Notes: generated by a model not told the origin, from the sequence alone. Numbered from the stretch's first letter, positions 8,402-18,577 are shown. The stretch is 64,000 nucleotides of DNA from an uncultured Gammaproteobacteria bacterium (GCA_964599565.1 CAZRFE010000006.1:1117-65116), one strand, 5' to 3'. Made by a program: numbers and translations.

Positions 8402-9841
8402 TCAGCGGCTGAAACGCGGATCGCTGATCTTCATTTCAGTGACGGGGCCGTATTTCGCAACGCCATCGCGAATCGCGTCCGCATCGCCGATGAGCACGAA
8501 GACAAGTTCATCGCGCGAGGGATAGACCGCGTCGATCTCGCGCCGTGCATCGTCGAGCGTCACGGCATCGATGCGCGCGGCGAATTCATCCACGTCGCTG
8601 CGGTCAAGACCGTGGAATGCAATCTCCGCGAGCCGTGCTGCAATGTCCGATGATGTCTCCAGTTCCGGCGGGTACTGGCCGAGCACGTAGGCTTTCGCGG
8701 ATGCGAGCTGCGCGCCGGACAAGCCTTCCGCGTGAAGCCGCCCAAGGGTATCAAGCGCCATGTCGATCGCCTCGACGGTCGAGTCCGTCTGCGTGAACGA
8801 CATCATCGCGAGCGAACCCGGTTCGCTGTACTGCGACATCCGCGACGATGCGCCATAGGTGAGCCCCGACTCCACGCGAAGTTTCGTGTTCAGCATGGAC
8901 GTGAATCTGCCGCCGAACACCGTGTTCACCAGTTCGAGTGCGGCGCGCGCATCGTAATCGCGCGCGACGCCGACATTGCCGATATAGAAGTAGGTCTGCG
9001 TGGCGCCGGGCTTGTCGACGAGCAGCACGCGCGTTCCGGGCGGCGATGCCGGCGGCGGAATTTCCGGCAGCGAACCTGCCGCCTTGCGCCAGTTGCCGAA
9101 ACGCTTTTCCAGCGCAGCGCGCAGTGTCGCGGCATCGAAGTCGCCGACGATCGCGAGGATCGTGCGGTCCGCGCCGAACTGCTCGATGTAATAGCGACGA
9201 AGATCCGCATAACCCGTGCGCGCAAGCCCCGCTTCCGTTCCGCTGACCGCGCGCGCATAGGGATGCTCGCCGAACAGGAACGCATCGCCGTACACGCTCG
9301 TGAGCGCGCGCAGGCTGGTGTCCTTCATGGCGCGTATCTGCTGGATGCTGCGTTCGCGCAGCTTGTCGAACTCGGTGCGCGCAAGCGCGGGATCCAGCAG
9401 CACGTCGCCGAGCAGTTCGACCATCAGGTCGATGTCGCGCGACATGAATTCGCCGCGCACCGCGATTGCTTCCTTCGCGGCCGTGGCGTTGAAGCGTCCG
9501 CCGACGCTCTCCACGGCCTGCGCGAACTCGACGGCGTTGCGGCGCGCCGCACCCTTGCCGAGCAGTTCCGCGAGCAGGGCGGCCGTTCCGTTCCTGCCAT
9601 CGGGGTCCGCAACTGCGCCGCCACGGATCAATGCCGTGAACGACACCAGCGGCACGTCATGTCTTTCCACGAGAAATATCTGCATGCCGTTGTCGAGCGT
9701 CACCGCGTCGAATGCCGGCAGCGTGACATCCTTGCGTGCACCCGCAGTCAGCGGCGCTTCAACGGTGGATTTCTCCGGCGGAGTTCCGGCACATGCTGCA
9801 AGCGACAGCAGCGCGGCGGACAGGAACAGTCTTTTCAGCAT
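8402..9841 (-). CDS. M16 (pitrilysin) family peptidase, non-catalytic-type subunit, lipoprotein
   Basis: 479 aa from ATG 9841 (MLKRLFLSAALLSLAACAG, lipobox). M16 fold blocks are present, but there is no HxxEH zinc motif (the equivalent region reads GTAALLAELLGKG). Confidence 0.85.
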   Translation of the reverse strand: MLKRLFLSAALLSLAACAGTPPEKSTVEAPLTAGARKDVTLPAFDAVTLDNGMQIFLVERHDVPLVSFTALIRGGAVADPDGRNGTAALLAELLGKGAARRNAVEFAQAVESVGGRFNATAAKEAIAVRGEFMSRDIDLMVELLGDVLLDPALARTEFDKLRERSIQQIRAMKDTSLRALTSVYGDAFLFGEHPYARAVSGTEAGLARTGYADLRRYYIEQFGADRTILAIVGDFDAATLRAALEKRFGNWRKAAGSLPEIPPPASPPGTRVLLVDKPGATQTYFYIGNVGVARDYDARAALELVNTVFGGRFTSMLNTKLRVESGLTYGASSRMSQYSEPGSLAMMSFTQTDSTVEAIDMALDTLGRLHAEGLSGAQLASAKAYVLGQYPPELETSSDIAARLAEIAFHGLDRSDVDEFAARIDAVTLDDARREIDAVYPSRDELVFVLIGDADAIRDGVAKYGPVTEMKISDPRFSR

Positions 9842-9854
9842 CACGGGCTCCTTG

Positions 9855-11186
9855 TCATTCACCGCTCGCGGGCACGAGCACGCCGACGGTCCGGTTGGAA
9901 GGCTGGAAGATGCGGTCCGCAACGGCCTGCACGTCCGCGGCCGTGACCGCTTCCCAGGCATCCGGCGCGCCGAACAGCTTGCGGTAATCGCCGTGGAAGA
10001 TTTCGTAGGTACCGAGGGCCTGCGCCTTGCCGCTGATGGTGGCAATGGCACGCCAGTAATCGGCGACGAGCACGTTCCTTGCCTTCTGGATTTCCGCGGT
10101 ACTCACACCGCGCGCGGCAATGCGTTCCAGCTGCTGCGAAATCTCGCGCTCAAGCCGCGCGGTGTCGCCGCCGGGCGGCAGCACCGCGTAGATCCATGTC
10201 AGTCCCGGATCGAATCCCTGGTGGATGTAGCTGCCGACGCTGATGGCGAGCTGCTTCTGTTCGACCAGCACCTGGTGCAGCCGCGAGGAATCGCCCGTTG
10301 CGAGCAGCGTCATCAGCACTTCGAGCGCCGGCATGTCCGCCGCGTTCGCCGCACCGGAATGCCAGGCCATCTGCAGCATCGGCGTCTGTGCAGGCCGCGT
10401 CAGCACCACGCGCCGCTCGCCCTGCTGCTCCGGCTCGACGGTCGTCACGGGCGCAGGTTCCGGCTGCGCGGGAATGGCGCCGAAGTATTTCTCGGCGAGC
10501 GCGAACACGCGCGCAGGCTCGACGTCGCCGACAACGAACATCACGGCGTTGTTCGGCGCGTAATACGTCGTGTAGAAATCCTTCAGGTCCTGCGCGCTCC
10601 AGTTCTCGATGTCCGATGGCCAGCCGATGACGGGAAACTGGTAGGGATGTGCGACATACGCCGTCGCCTGCACCTGTTCCATCAGCGCGCCGAAGTTGTC
10701 GTTGTCGACGGATGTGCGGCGCTCGGAATACACCACGCCGCGCTCGCTCTCAACAACATCCGGATCGAAATCGAGATTCGCCATGCGGTCCGCTTCGAGG
10801 CGGAAGATCGTGTCGAGCGCACTCGCCGGATACCAGTCCTGGTAGACGGTCACGTCGTTCGAGGTATAGGCGTTGTTCGCGCCGCCGGACGCCTCCATGG
10901 TGCGGTCGAACTCGCCGGGCGCGAGCGTCGCGGTGCCGTTGAACATCATGTGCTCGAAGTAGTGCGCAAGGCCCGTGATGCCCGGGTACTCGTTGCGCCC
11001 GCCAACGCGAAACCAGGTGTAGTGCGCGACGCTGGGGATGTCGTGGTCCGGCCAGACGACAACCTTCATGCCGTTGGCGAGCGTGCGCTCTGCGATGGCA
11101 GCATCCGCCGCCGGCGCATCCGCCGCTGCCATGGCGGACGCGGAGACGAGCAACAGCGCGCCGGCCGCCAGTGAACGCATCATCAT
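9855..11186 (-). CDS. M16 (pitrilysin) family zinc peptidase, catalytic-type subunit
   Basis: 443 aa from ATG 11186 (MMMRSLAAGALLLVSASAMA signal peptide), with SD AAGGAG 6 nt upstream. Inverted zinc motif HYFEH (HxxEH) is present. Confidence 0.85.
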   Translation of the reverse strand: MMMRSLAAGALLLVSASAMAAADAPAADAAIAERTLANGMKVVVWPDHDIPSVAHYTWFRVGGRNEYPGITGLAHYFEHMMFNGTATLAPGEFDRTMEASGGANNAYTSNDVTVYQDWYPASALDTIFRLEADRMANLDFDPDVVESERGVVYSERRTSVDNDNFGALMEQVQATAYVAHPYQFPVIGWPSDIENWSAQDLKDFYTTYYAPNNAVMFVVGDVEPARVFALAEKYFGAIPAQPEPAPVTTVEPEQQGERRVVLTRPAQTPMLQMAWHSGAANAADMPALEVLMTLLATGDSSRLHQVLVEQKQLAISVGSYIHQGFDPGLTWIYAVLPPGGDTARLEREISQQLERIAARGVSTAEIQKARNVLVADYWRAIATISGKAQALGTYEIFHGDYRKLFGAPDAWEAVTAADVQAVADRIFQPSNRTVGVLVPASGE

Positions 11187-11282
11187 GCCGTACTCCTTGT
11201 TATATGCGCGCGAGGCGCTGCGGGATTCAGGATTGTCATCGCCGTTGGACAGCGCGGCAAGTGCGCGTGTTCCGCGCATGGT

Positions 11283-12635
11283 TCAGCCGGCGCTCGTGCC
11301 GCGCGTGCGACGCACGAATCGATGCGTCATCAGGATGCCCGCCACCAGCAATCCGACGATCAGCCCGGCCCAGATCATCTGCGGTCCGTAGCCCTGCCGT
11401 ACGCCCAGCCACCACGCGACGGGAAAACCGAGCCCCCAGTAGGCGAACAGCGTCATCAGCATCGGCACGCGCGTGTCCTTGTAGCCGCGCAGCACGCCGG
11501 CCGCTCCAACCTGCAGTCCGTCGAACAGCTGGAACGCGGCCGCCACCCAGAGCAGGCTGAGCGCCATCGCCGTGACTTCCGGGTTGCGCGTATAAAGCGC
11601 GACGATGTGATCGCGGAACAGGATCATCACGAGCGCGGACAGGGTCATGAACCCGACGCACACGAAGATGCCCGTGATGCCGGAGTAGCGCGCCTGCGCG
11701 GGATCGTTGCGCCCGAGCGCCTGGCCGATGCGCACCGTGATGCCGCCTGCGATGCCGAGCGGCACCATGAACATCAATGACGCCCAGTTCACCGCGATCT
11801 GGTGGCCGGCGACGACCGTCGTGCCGAGCGTTGCCATCAGCAGGCCGACCGCGGAGAACAGGCTGCCTTCCATGAAGATGGCGACGGCGATGGGGAAGCC
11901 AAGCGCGATGAGTTCGCGCATCGGCTGCCAGCGCGGCCATTCGAAGCGCTCGAACATGCGAAACGCGCGGAACCGCGGCGCGCCATGCATGTACCACAGC
12001 AGCACGAGGAACATCGCCCATTGCACGATCGCGGATGCGTAGCCGGTGCCGATGGCGCCGAGCGCGGGGAAGCCGAACTTGCCGTACATCAGCACCCAGT
12101 CCGCGAACGCGTTGACGGCAAGCCCGATGCTCGCCACCAGCAGCAGCGGCCGCGTGTGCGACACGGCCTCGCTGGTGAAGCGCAGCACGTAGAACATCGC
12201 GATCGCGGGCAATCCCCAGCCGATGGCGTCGAGGTAGCCCGCCGCGACGGGAATCACCGCCGGTTCGACGCCGATGCGCGCAAGGAGAATGTCGCCGTGC
12301 GCAAGCAGCGCCCAGCCCGGAACGCTCGCGAACAGCGCGAGCCACAGCGCCTGGCGCACTGTCGAGCCGATCGCGGCGGTCCGGTTTGCGCCATAGGCGT
12401 GCGACACCGTCGGGCTGACGGCCAGCAGGATGCCCATGATGAAAAGGATCACCGGCGTCCACAGGTCACCGCCGACGGAAACCCCCGCAAGATCGGCGGG
12501 GCTGAGCCGGCCCGCGAAAACCGTGTCCGTGAACCGCATGCCGAGATACGACAGGTTGGTGATGACCATCGGCCACGTGAGGCGCGCGAGCGCCGCGGCC
12601 TCGCGCCGGAAACGGGATGCGCTGGTTTCGGTCAT
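11283..12635 (-). CDS. MATE family efflux transporter
   Basis: 450 aa from ATG 12635 (MTETSASRFRREAAALARLTWPMVITNLSYLGMRFTDTVFAGRL...), with SD AGGA upstream. The track start at 12668 is a TTG with no SD. 12-TM MATE pattern. Confidence 0.85.
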   Translation of the reverse strand: MTETSASRFRREAAALARLTWPMVITNLSYLGMRFTDTVFAGRLSPADLAGVSVGGDLWTPVILFIMGILLAVSPTVSHAYGANRTAAIGSTVRQALWLALFASVPGWALLAHGDILLARIGVEPAVIPVAAGYLDAIGWGLPAIAMFYVLRFTSEAVSHTRPLLLVASIGLAVNAFADWVLMYGKFGFPALGAIGTGYASAIVQWAMFLVLLWYMHGAPRFRAFRMFERFEWPRWQPMRELIALGFPIAVAIFMEGSLFSAVGLLMATLGTTVVAGHQIAVNWASLMFMVPLGIAGGITVRIGQALGRNDPAQARYSGITGIFVCVGFMTLSALVMILFRDHIVALYTRNPEVTAMALSLLWVAAAFQLFDGLQVGAAGVLRGYKDTRVPMLMTLFAYWGLGFPVAWWLGVRQGYGPQMIWAGLIVGLLVAGILMTHRFVRRTRGTSAG

Positions 12636-12664
12636 CGCGGATTCCTGATCAGCGGCGGAATGGC

Positions 12665-12680
12665 TCAAACACTTGTTTGA
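12665..12680. promoter_or_regulatory. Palindromic operator candidate (PsrA/TetR-type) in the MATE-thiolase divergent region
   Basis: TCAAACA-CT-TGTTTGA: perfect 7-bp arms. Contains CAAAC-N4-GTTTG, which matches the PsrA operator consensus as I recall it. Confidence 0.4.
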
Positions 12681-12793
12681 ATGCGCCTTCCGGCGGAGTT
12701 AGCATACGGCGTTCCGGCGATGTACCGGCCGGCCGCGCAGTGTAAACCGGTTTCGTTTCCACCATCACCAAGCTCTCGCAGCGGAGAAAGCCC

Positions 12794-14074
12794 ATGCTTC
12801 AGACCAAGCCCCGCAGGGTCGCCATCGTCGGCGGTTCGCGCATACCGTTCGCGCGCGCATTCAGCGCCTACGCCGAATGCAGCAACCAGGATCTGATGAC
12901 CGCCGCGCTCAAGGGGCTGGTCGAGAAATACGGACTGAAGGGCGCGCGTCTCGGCGACGTCGGTCTTGGCGCCGTGATCAAGCACACGCGCGATTTCAAC
13001 CTTGCGCGCGAATGCGTGCTCGGTTCCGGCCTCGATCCGCATACGCCTGCCTTCGACCTGCAGCGCGCCTGCGGCACGAGCCTCGAGACGGTGATCAACA
13101 TCGGCTACAAGATCGCGCTCGGCCAGATCGATGCGGGCATCGCCGGCGGCGTGGATTCGACCTCCGACGTACCGGTCGTGTTCGGCGATGACTTCCGCGA
13201 AATCCTGCTGGCCGCGAACCGCGCGAAAACCTTCGCCGAGAAGGCGCGGCTGTTCATGCGCTTTCGCCCGAAGCACCTGCGGCCGAATTTCCCGGGCGTG
13301 GTCGAACCGCGCACCGGGCTTTCCATGGGCCAGTCCTGCGAACTCATGGCAAAGGAATGGGATATCCCGCGCCGCGCGCAGGACGAGCTTGCGTTCAATT
13401 CGCACAGGAATGCGGCCGCTGCGTGGGAGGCAGGCTGGTACGACGATCTCGTGGTGCCGTTCAACGGGCTCAACCGCGACAACAACGTGCGCAAGGACAC
13501 ATCGCTTGAAAAGCTCGGCACGCTGAAGCCGGTGTTCGACCGCGAGAACGGCACGCTCACGGCGGGCAATTCCACGCCGCTGACCGATGGCGCATCCGCG
13601 GTGCTGATGTGCACGGAGGAATGGGCGAAAGAACGCGGTCTCGATGTGCTCGCGTATCTCACCTTCGGCGAAGTCGCGGCCGTGGATTTCGTGTGGAAGA
13701 AGGAAGGCCTGCTGATGGCGCCGGCGTATGCCGTGCCGCGCATGCTCGACCGCGCCGGCATCACGCTGCAGGATTTCGACATCTACGAAATCCATGAAGC
13801 GTTCGCCGCGCAGGTGCTGTGCACGCTCAAGGCCTGGGAGAGCGAGAAGTTCTGCAGGGAACGTCTCGGCCGCGACCACGCCCTCGGCAGCATCGATCGC
13901 GCGAAGCTCAACCTCAAGGGCGGATCCGTTGCGCTCGGGCATCCATTCGCGGCGACCGGTGCGCGCATCGTTGCGTCGCTCGCAAAGCAGCTCGCGGAAC
14001 GCGGCACGGGCCGCGGCCTGATTTCCGTCTGCACCGCAGGCGGCATGGGCGTGACCGCGATTCTCGAACGCTGA
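12794..14074 (+). CDS. Acetyl-CoA C-acyltransferase (thiolase family)
   Basis: 426 aa, SD GGAG upstream. Active-site Cys context RACGTSLETV. C-terminal thiolase signatures NLKGGSVALGHPFAATGARI and VCTAGGMG. Confidence 0.85.
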   Translation: MLQTKPRRVAIVGGSRIPFARAFSAYAECSNQDLMTAALKGLVEKYGLKGARLGDVGLGAVIKHTRDFNLARECVLGSGLDPHTPAFDLQRACGTSLETVINIGYKIALGQIDAGIAGGVDSTSDVPVVFGDDFREILLAANRAKTFAEKARLFMRFRPKHLRPNFPGVVEPRTGLSMGQSCELMAKEWDIPRRAQDELAFNSHRNAAAAWEAGWYDDLVVPFNGLNRDNNVRKDTSLEKLGTLKPVFDRENGTLTAGNSTPLTDGASAVLMCTEEWAKERGLDVLAYLTFGEVAAVDFVWKKEGLLMAPAYAVPRMLDRAGITLQDFDIYEIHEAFAAQVLCTLKAWESEKFCRERLGRDHALGSIDRAKLNLKGGSVALGHPFAATGARIVASLAKQLAERGTGRGLISVCTAGGMGVTAILER

Positions 14075-14100
14075 GACCGCCGTTCACCGCACCTCAGGAA

Positions 14101-14126
14101 ACGCCCGGCAACGCCGGGCGTTTTCT
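14101..14126 (+). terminator. Rho-independent terminator after the thiolase gene
   Basis: Stem CGCCCGGC / GCCGGGCG (14102-14109 / 14113-14120) with loop AAC, followed by TTTT. Confidence 0.75.
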
Positions 14127-14233
14127 TAAGGCGTCTCCCTCAACTTGCCCTCGCGTAGACATAACCGCCATTATTCCCGCCTTTCGACAATAAGTGACCG
14201 CGCGCATGCGCGGCGCCATCCCGGGAGCGGTCA

Positions 14234-15958
14234 ATGGATCAGTTCAACGCGGCAGTCGCCGCCATCGCAGGTTTTCTCTACCAGGATGCCTTTCTTTTCG
14301 TGGTGCTCGGCACGGGCGTGCTGTTCACCATCTGGTCGGGCTTCTCGCAGTACCGCGCGCTGACACACGGCACGCAGGTGCTGCGCGGCGTCTACGACGA
14401 CAAGAAGGATCCCGGCGCGATCAATCATTTCCAGGCGCTCTCCGCGGCGCTGTCGGGCACCGTGGGGCTTGGCAACATCGGCGGTGTCGCACTCGCGGTC
14501 GCGCTCGGCGGGCCGGGTGCGGTGTTCTGGATGTGGATGGTCGGCATCCTCGGCATGGCGATCAAGCTCACCGAAGTAACGCTCTCCATGCTCTATCGCA
14601 ACACGGACGATCCGGACAATCCGCACGGCGGCCCGATGTGGGTGGTCTCGAAAGGTCTCGCGGAACTGAATCCGAAGTACGCCGGTCTCGGCAAGATCAT
14701 CGGCTGGATCTTCTGCATCACGCTGCTCGTCTACACCATCACGGGCGGTGCGATGTTCCAGGCATGGAACGTCGGCGACATCACGCAGGAGTATTTCCAT
14801 GTACCGAGCTGGATCGTGGGCATCGTGCTCGCCGTGCTCGTCGGCATGGTGATCATCGGCGGCGTGAAGCGCATCGGCGCCGTTGCGGGAAGGCTCGTAC
14901 CGCTGATGATCGTGCTTTACCTCGCGGGCGGCATCTATGTGCTCGCGGCGAACTACGACGTGATTCCTGAAATGCTGAAGCTCATCGTCGTGTCCGCGTT
15001 CAGCCCGCATGAAGCATCCGGTGCATTCATCGGCGGCACGATGGGCTACGCGATCATGATGGGCATGCGCCGCGCGCTGTTCTCCTCGGAAGCGGGCGCG
15101 GGATCATCGCCGATCGCGCACTCCGCGGCGAAGACGGACGAGCCGGTGCGCGAAGGCGTGGTCGGCGGACTCGAACCGTTCATCGATACCATCATCGTGT
15201 GCACGTTCACCGCGCTCGTGATTCTTTCCTCCGGCGTGTGGGAGCGCGGCGCGGAAGCGTTCTATGACACCACACCTGCCGTTGTCGCCGTTGATACCGG
15301 TGCGTACAGCCTCGAAACCCTTCCTGCGCCGGAACGTGCCGGCGGCTGGCGCGACGGCGAGAACGTGTTCGTGATTCTCGAAGGCGATCACAACAAGGAT
15401 TCCGGCAACAACCTGCACCGTCTCGATGGCAATGTCCTGTACCAGGCAGATGGCAATCCGGTGATCGTGTACTCCCGTGTTGCGATGTCCGCTGCCCCGA
15501 CAGTGCAGGATGCCGGCGTGTACGTTTCCTATCCGGGCGCAACGCTCACCGCGAAAGCGTTCGACAGCGCGCTGCCGGGGCTGGGCAAGTGGCTTGTCAC
15601 CATCGCATGCTGGCTGTTCGCACTGTCGACGATGATCTCGTGGAGCTACTACGGCGAGCAGGGCATGGTGTACATGTTCGGCGAGAAATCCGTGATGCCG
15701 TACAAGTACGCGTTCTGCGCACTTGTCTTCGTCGCAACCATGGGCTTCATCGAAACGCCGCAGGATCTCGACAACTTCTCATCCATGGGCGCGGGCGTGA
15801 TGATCTGGGCGAACATCCCGATCACGCTGTTCTTCGGCTACAAGGCGATGCGTGCGTACCATGAATACAACGGCCGGCTCAAATCCGGCAACATGCCGCG
15901 CAATCCCGACGCGCCTTCGTTCTGGAAGGATGTGCTGACAGGGCGTGACGTGAAGTGA
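14234..15958 (+). CDS. Alanine/glycine:cation symporter (AGCS family)
   Basis: 574 aa. N-terminal AGCS block ...GAINHFQALSAALSGTVGLGNIGGVALAVALGGPGAVFWMW. Confidence 0.9.
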   Translation: MDQFNAAVAAIAGFLYQDAFLFVVLGTGVLFTIWSGFSQYRALTHGTQVLRGVYDDKKDPGAINHFQALSAALSGTVGLGNIGGVALAVALGGPGAVFWMWMVGILGMAIKLTEVTLSMLYRNTDDPDNPHGGPMWVVSKGLAELNPKYAGLGKIIGWIFCITLLVYTITGGAMFQAWNVGDITQEYFHVPSWIVGIVLAVLVGMVIIGGVKRIGAVAGRLVPLMIVLYLAGGIYVLAANYDVIPEMLKLIVVSAFSPHEASGAFIGGTMGYAIMMGMRRALFSSEAGAGSSPIAHSAAKTDEPVREGVVGGLEPFIDTIIVCTFTALVILSSGVWERGAEAFYDTTPAVVAVDTGAYSLETLPAPERAGGWRDGENVFVILEGDHNKDSGNNLHRLDGNVLYQADGNPVIVYSRVAMSAAPTVQDAGVYVSYPGATLTAKAFDSALPGLGKWLVTIACWLFALSTMISWSYYGEQGMVYMFGEKSVMPYKYAFCALVFVATMGFIETPQDLDNFSSMGAGVMIWANIPITLFFGYKAMRAYHEYNGRLKSGNMPRNPDAPSFWKDVLTGRDVK

Positions 15959-15963
15959 GGCAG

Positions 15964-15995
15964 AAAAAAGCCGCCCTCGGGCGGCTTTTTCCTTT
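15964..15995. terminator. Bidirectional rho-independent terminator
   Basis: AAAAAAGCCGCCC-TCG-GGCGGCTTTTT between convergent genes, with A and T runs on both sides. Confidence 0.8.
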
Positions 15996-16003
15996 CGACG
16001 TTT

Positions 16004-16969
16004 TCATTCAGCCGGTGGCACGAAACGTCCGATGTAGTTCGTATCCATCCCGAACCAGATCGCGTCATTTGCCGCGTCGTAGAACATGTGCCTGATGGCG
16101 CCGCCGGAATCCGGCACAGGCCCGCTGTAGATGACGTTCCCGTTCGATGTGTCGATGCCGATCATGCGGTTCGGCTGCGGACCGGTTTCGACATAGTAGA
16201 AATTGCCTTCGCCGTCCGCGATCGCGCCGTAAGGCGCCGCACGTTCGCCGGACGGCGATCGCCATTCCTTGAATTCACCGTTCGCAGGATCGTAGCTTCC
16301 GACGTAGCCTTCCGCGTAATCCACGTACCAGATGTCGCCGTTCACGATCGCGAGCCGGCGCGGCCGTGCGTCCGCGCGCGGCATCTCGATTTCCTTGAGC
16401 TCGCCATCAATGATCGTCGCGAGCCGGTTCGTGCCGAGCAGCACGATCCACGGCTGGTCATTTTCATCGAGCACGATGCCGTACGGACGCGCGCGCTTCG
16501 TCGGCACTTCCCACGTGCGCAGCGATTCGTCCGCGGGGTCGAAGACCGCAACGCGATTGGAATGCTGCGCGGTGAAAAAGATGCGTCCGTCGCTCGCCTG
16601 GATCAGCGTGTGTGGATCGTCGATGCCTTCCTTCTCCGTGGAGAACGTCTCCAGTTCGCCGTTTGCGGCATTCATGCGACCGATCCAGCCGGCGCCGTTG
16701 CCGGCGATCCAGATGTTGCCGTCGTCGCCCGCGATGAGATTGTGCGGTGCGCTTCCATCCGGCAGATCGAAGCGCGTGAATTTCCCGGAGGCCGGATCAA
16801 GCCAGGCGACGTAATCGCCGCCCTGGCCGACGAACCAGGCACGGCCCTGCGAATCCACGGCGGGATCGCGCGGCCGTGTCTTTTCCCAGGGAACCTGCCA
16901 GGTGGTGAAGTCCGCGGCGCCCGCGATGCCGGGCAGCAGGAGAAGAAATGCGAGATGCAGTGCGCGCAT
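16004..16969 (-). CDS. Secreted beta-propeller repeat protein, Vgb (streptogramin lyase)-like family
   Basis: 321 aa with signal peptide MRALHLAFLLLLPGIAGA. Repeated ~40-aa units of the type DxxGxxWF/Y...G. Confidence 0.6.
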   Translation of the reverse strand: MRALHLAFLLLLPGIAGAADFTTWQVPWEKTRPRDPAVDSQGRAWFVGQGGDYVAWLDPASGKFTRFDLPDGSAPHNLIAGDDGNIWIAGNGAGWIGRMNAANGELETFSTEKEGIDDPHTLIQASDGRIFFTAQHSNRVAVFDPADESLRTWEVPTKRARPYGIVLDENDQPWIVLLGTNRLATIIDGELKEIEMPRADARPRRLAIVNGDIWYVDYAEGYVGSYDPANGEFKEWRSPSGERAAPYGAIADGEGNFYYVETGPQPNRMIGIDTSNGNVIYSGPVPDSGGAIRHMFYDAANDAIWFGMDTNYIGRFVPPAE

Positions 16970-17022
16970 GCGAGTCTCCCGTGATGAGGATCACCACAGG
17001 ATAGCCCTGCACGCGGTGGATT

Positions 17023-17226
17023 TCAGGCGGGAAGGTTGTCCTGCACGAGCATGAGCGCGTCACGCAGCCCACGCCGCGCGGCGACGCGTTCGAGGATGTC
17101 GCGGCGCGCAGCGTCGTCGGCATCCGGCCAGCACATGATTTCATCAAGATGCCGAAAGCAGCCGCGGCAGATGCGCTGTTCGTCGAGGCTGCAATTGCGC
17201 ACGCACGGTGATTCTGTGTCTTTCAT
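17023..17226 (-). CDS. DUF1289 family small Cys-rich protein
   Basis: 67 aa from ATG 17226 (MKDTESPCVRNCSLDEQRICRGCFRHLDEIMCW): the SPC-x3-C...C-x-GC-x-R...EI-x-W pattern of DUF1289. Confidence 0.65.
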   Translation of the reverse strand: MKDTESPCVRNCSLDEQRICRGCFRHLDEIMCWPDADDAARRDILERVAARRGLRDALMLVQDNLPA

Positions 17227-17272
17227 GCCGCTGATTGTCTCGCAGTTCCGCACGGCGCGGGAAATTCTTTCA

Positions 17273-18577
17273 TCATCCGCCGACGATGATGCGCATCAGC
17301 TGCGCGCTGAGATAGCCGCAGTACGTGCCGAGCGCGTAACCGAACACCGCGAGCAGCACGCCGACGGGCGCGAGCGAGGGGTGGAACGCCGCCGCAACCA
17401 CGGGTGCTGACGCTGCACCGCCGATGTTCGCCTGGCTGCCGACGGCCATGTAGAACGTCGGCGCGCGAATGATGCGCGCGACAATCAGCATCAGGCTCGC
17501 GTGCACGAGCATCCATACCGCGCCGACCGCGAAAAGGCCGGGATTGCTGAACACGGCAGTGATGTCCATGTGCATGCCGATGGTCGCGACAAGAATGTAG
17601 ATGAACACGGAACCGACCTTCGATGCGCCCGCGCCTTCCATCAGTTTCACTTTCGTGAACGAAAGCGCGAGGCCGAACGTCGTGGCAAGCACGATCAGCC
17701 AGAAGAATGTCGAATCGAGGCTGAAATCGGACAGCCAGCTCCAGTTCGTCGCAGGTTCCAGCCCCGCGCGCAACTGCTGCTTCGATTCCGCGGCGAGCGC
17801 ACCGAGCCCGTTGCCGGCCCAGTTGCCGATCGCGTGCGCAAGACCCGTGAAACCAAGACCGATGGCCAGGATGTAGATGAGATCGGGGAGCGAGGGAATC
17901 CGTGCATGTTCGCGCTGGAATTCCTCGACCTTGCGACGCAGTGCGTCGATCGCGGATGTATCGGCGTGAATCTTCGCATCGAGCTTGTCCGCACGCGACG
18001 CCATGAACAGCAGCACCGCCATCCAGATGTTTGCGATGATCACATCCACCGCGACCATCTGCCCGAACAGGTTGTCGCCGACCTCGAACACTTCCTTCAT
18101 CGCGGCCTGGTTCGCGCCGCCGCCGATCCACGAACCCGCGATCGTTGCCATGCCGCGCCACACCGCGTCCGGTCCCGCGCCGCCGACAACATCCGGTGCA
18201 ACGATGCTGAAGATCAGAATCGCGATCGGACCGCCGATCATCACGCCGAACGTACCGGTGAGAAACAGGATGATCGCCTTGCGGCCGAGCCGTGCGATGG
18301 ATTTCAGGTCGATCGACAGGGTGAGCAGGATGAGCGACGCCGGCAGCAGGTAGCGCGATGCCATGTAGTAGAGATCGCCGTCACTGCCGTCGATGATCCC
18401 GAAGCTGTTGTACAGCGATGGAATGAAGTAGCACAGCAGCAGCGCGGGAACGTAGGAATAGAACCGGCGCCAGAATGGCGCGCTGCTCTGCGTTGTGTAG
18501 AAGATCAGCCCGAGTGTTGCGGCAAGCAGGCCGAAGACGACGGCATCGTTCGTGATCAGCGCAGTTTGATGTTCCAT
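17273..18577 (-). CDS. DUF819 family membrane protein
   Basis: 434 aa, polytopic. The N-terminal region ...FYSYVPALLLCYFIPSLYNSFGII... resembles DUF819 proteins. Confidence 0.7.
   Translation of the reverse strand: MEHQTALITNDAVVFGLLAATLGLIFYTTQSSAPFWRRFYSYVPALLLCYFIPSLYNSFGIIDGSDGDLYYMASRYLLPASLILLTLSIDLKSIARLGRKAIILFLTGTFGVMIGGPIAILIFSIVAPDVVGGAGPDAVWRGMATIAGSWIGGGANQAAMKEVFEVGDNLFGQMVAVDVIIANIWMAVLLFMASRADKLDAKIHADTSAIDALRRKVEEFQREHARIPSLPDLIYILAIGLGFTGLAHAIGNWAGNGLGALAAESKQQLRAGLEPATNWSWLSDFSLDSTFFWLIVLATTFGLALSFTKVKLMEGAGASKVGSVFIYILVATIGMHMDITAVFSNPGLFAVGAVWMLVHASLMLIVARIIRAPTFYMAVGSQANIGGAASAPVVAAAFHPSLAPVGVLLAVFGYALGTYCGYLSAQLMRIIVGG

Noticed and set aside
9300-11174. 624-aa plus-strand ORF
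   Set aside because: Antisense to the two M16 peptidase genes, with low-complexity Arg/Ala/Ser composition. The minus strand carries HxxEH and signal peptides.
12665-13942. 425-aa minus-strand ORF
   Set aside because: Antisense shadow of the thiolase gene. The plus strand has the thiolase signatures, an SD and a terminator.
14127-14233. Possible glycine riboswitch upstream of the alanine/glycine:cation symporter
   Set aside because: Such transporters are sometimes riboswitch-controlled. However, the 107-nt leader lacks the conserved glycine-aptamer elements (GGAGAG...CACCG...CTCTGGAGAG core) and shows no tandem aptamer structure.
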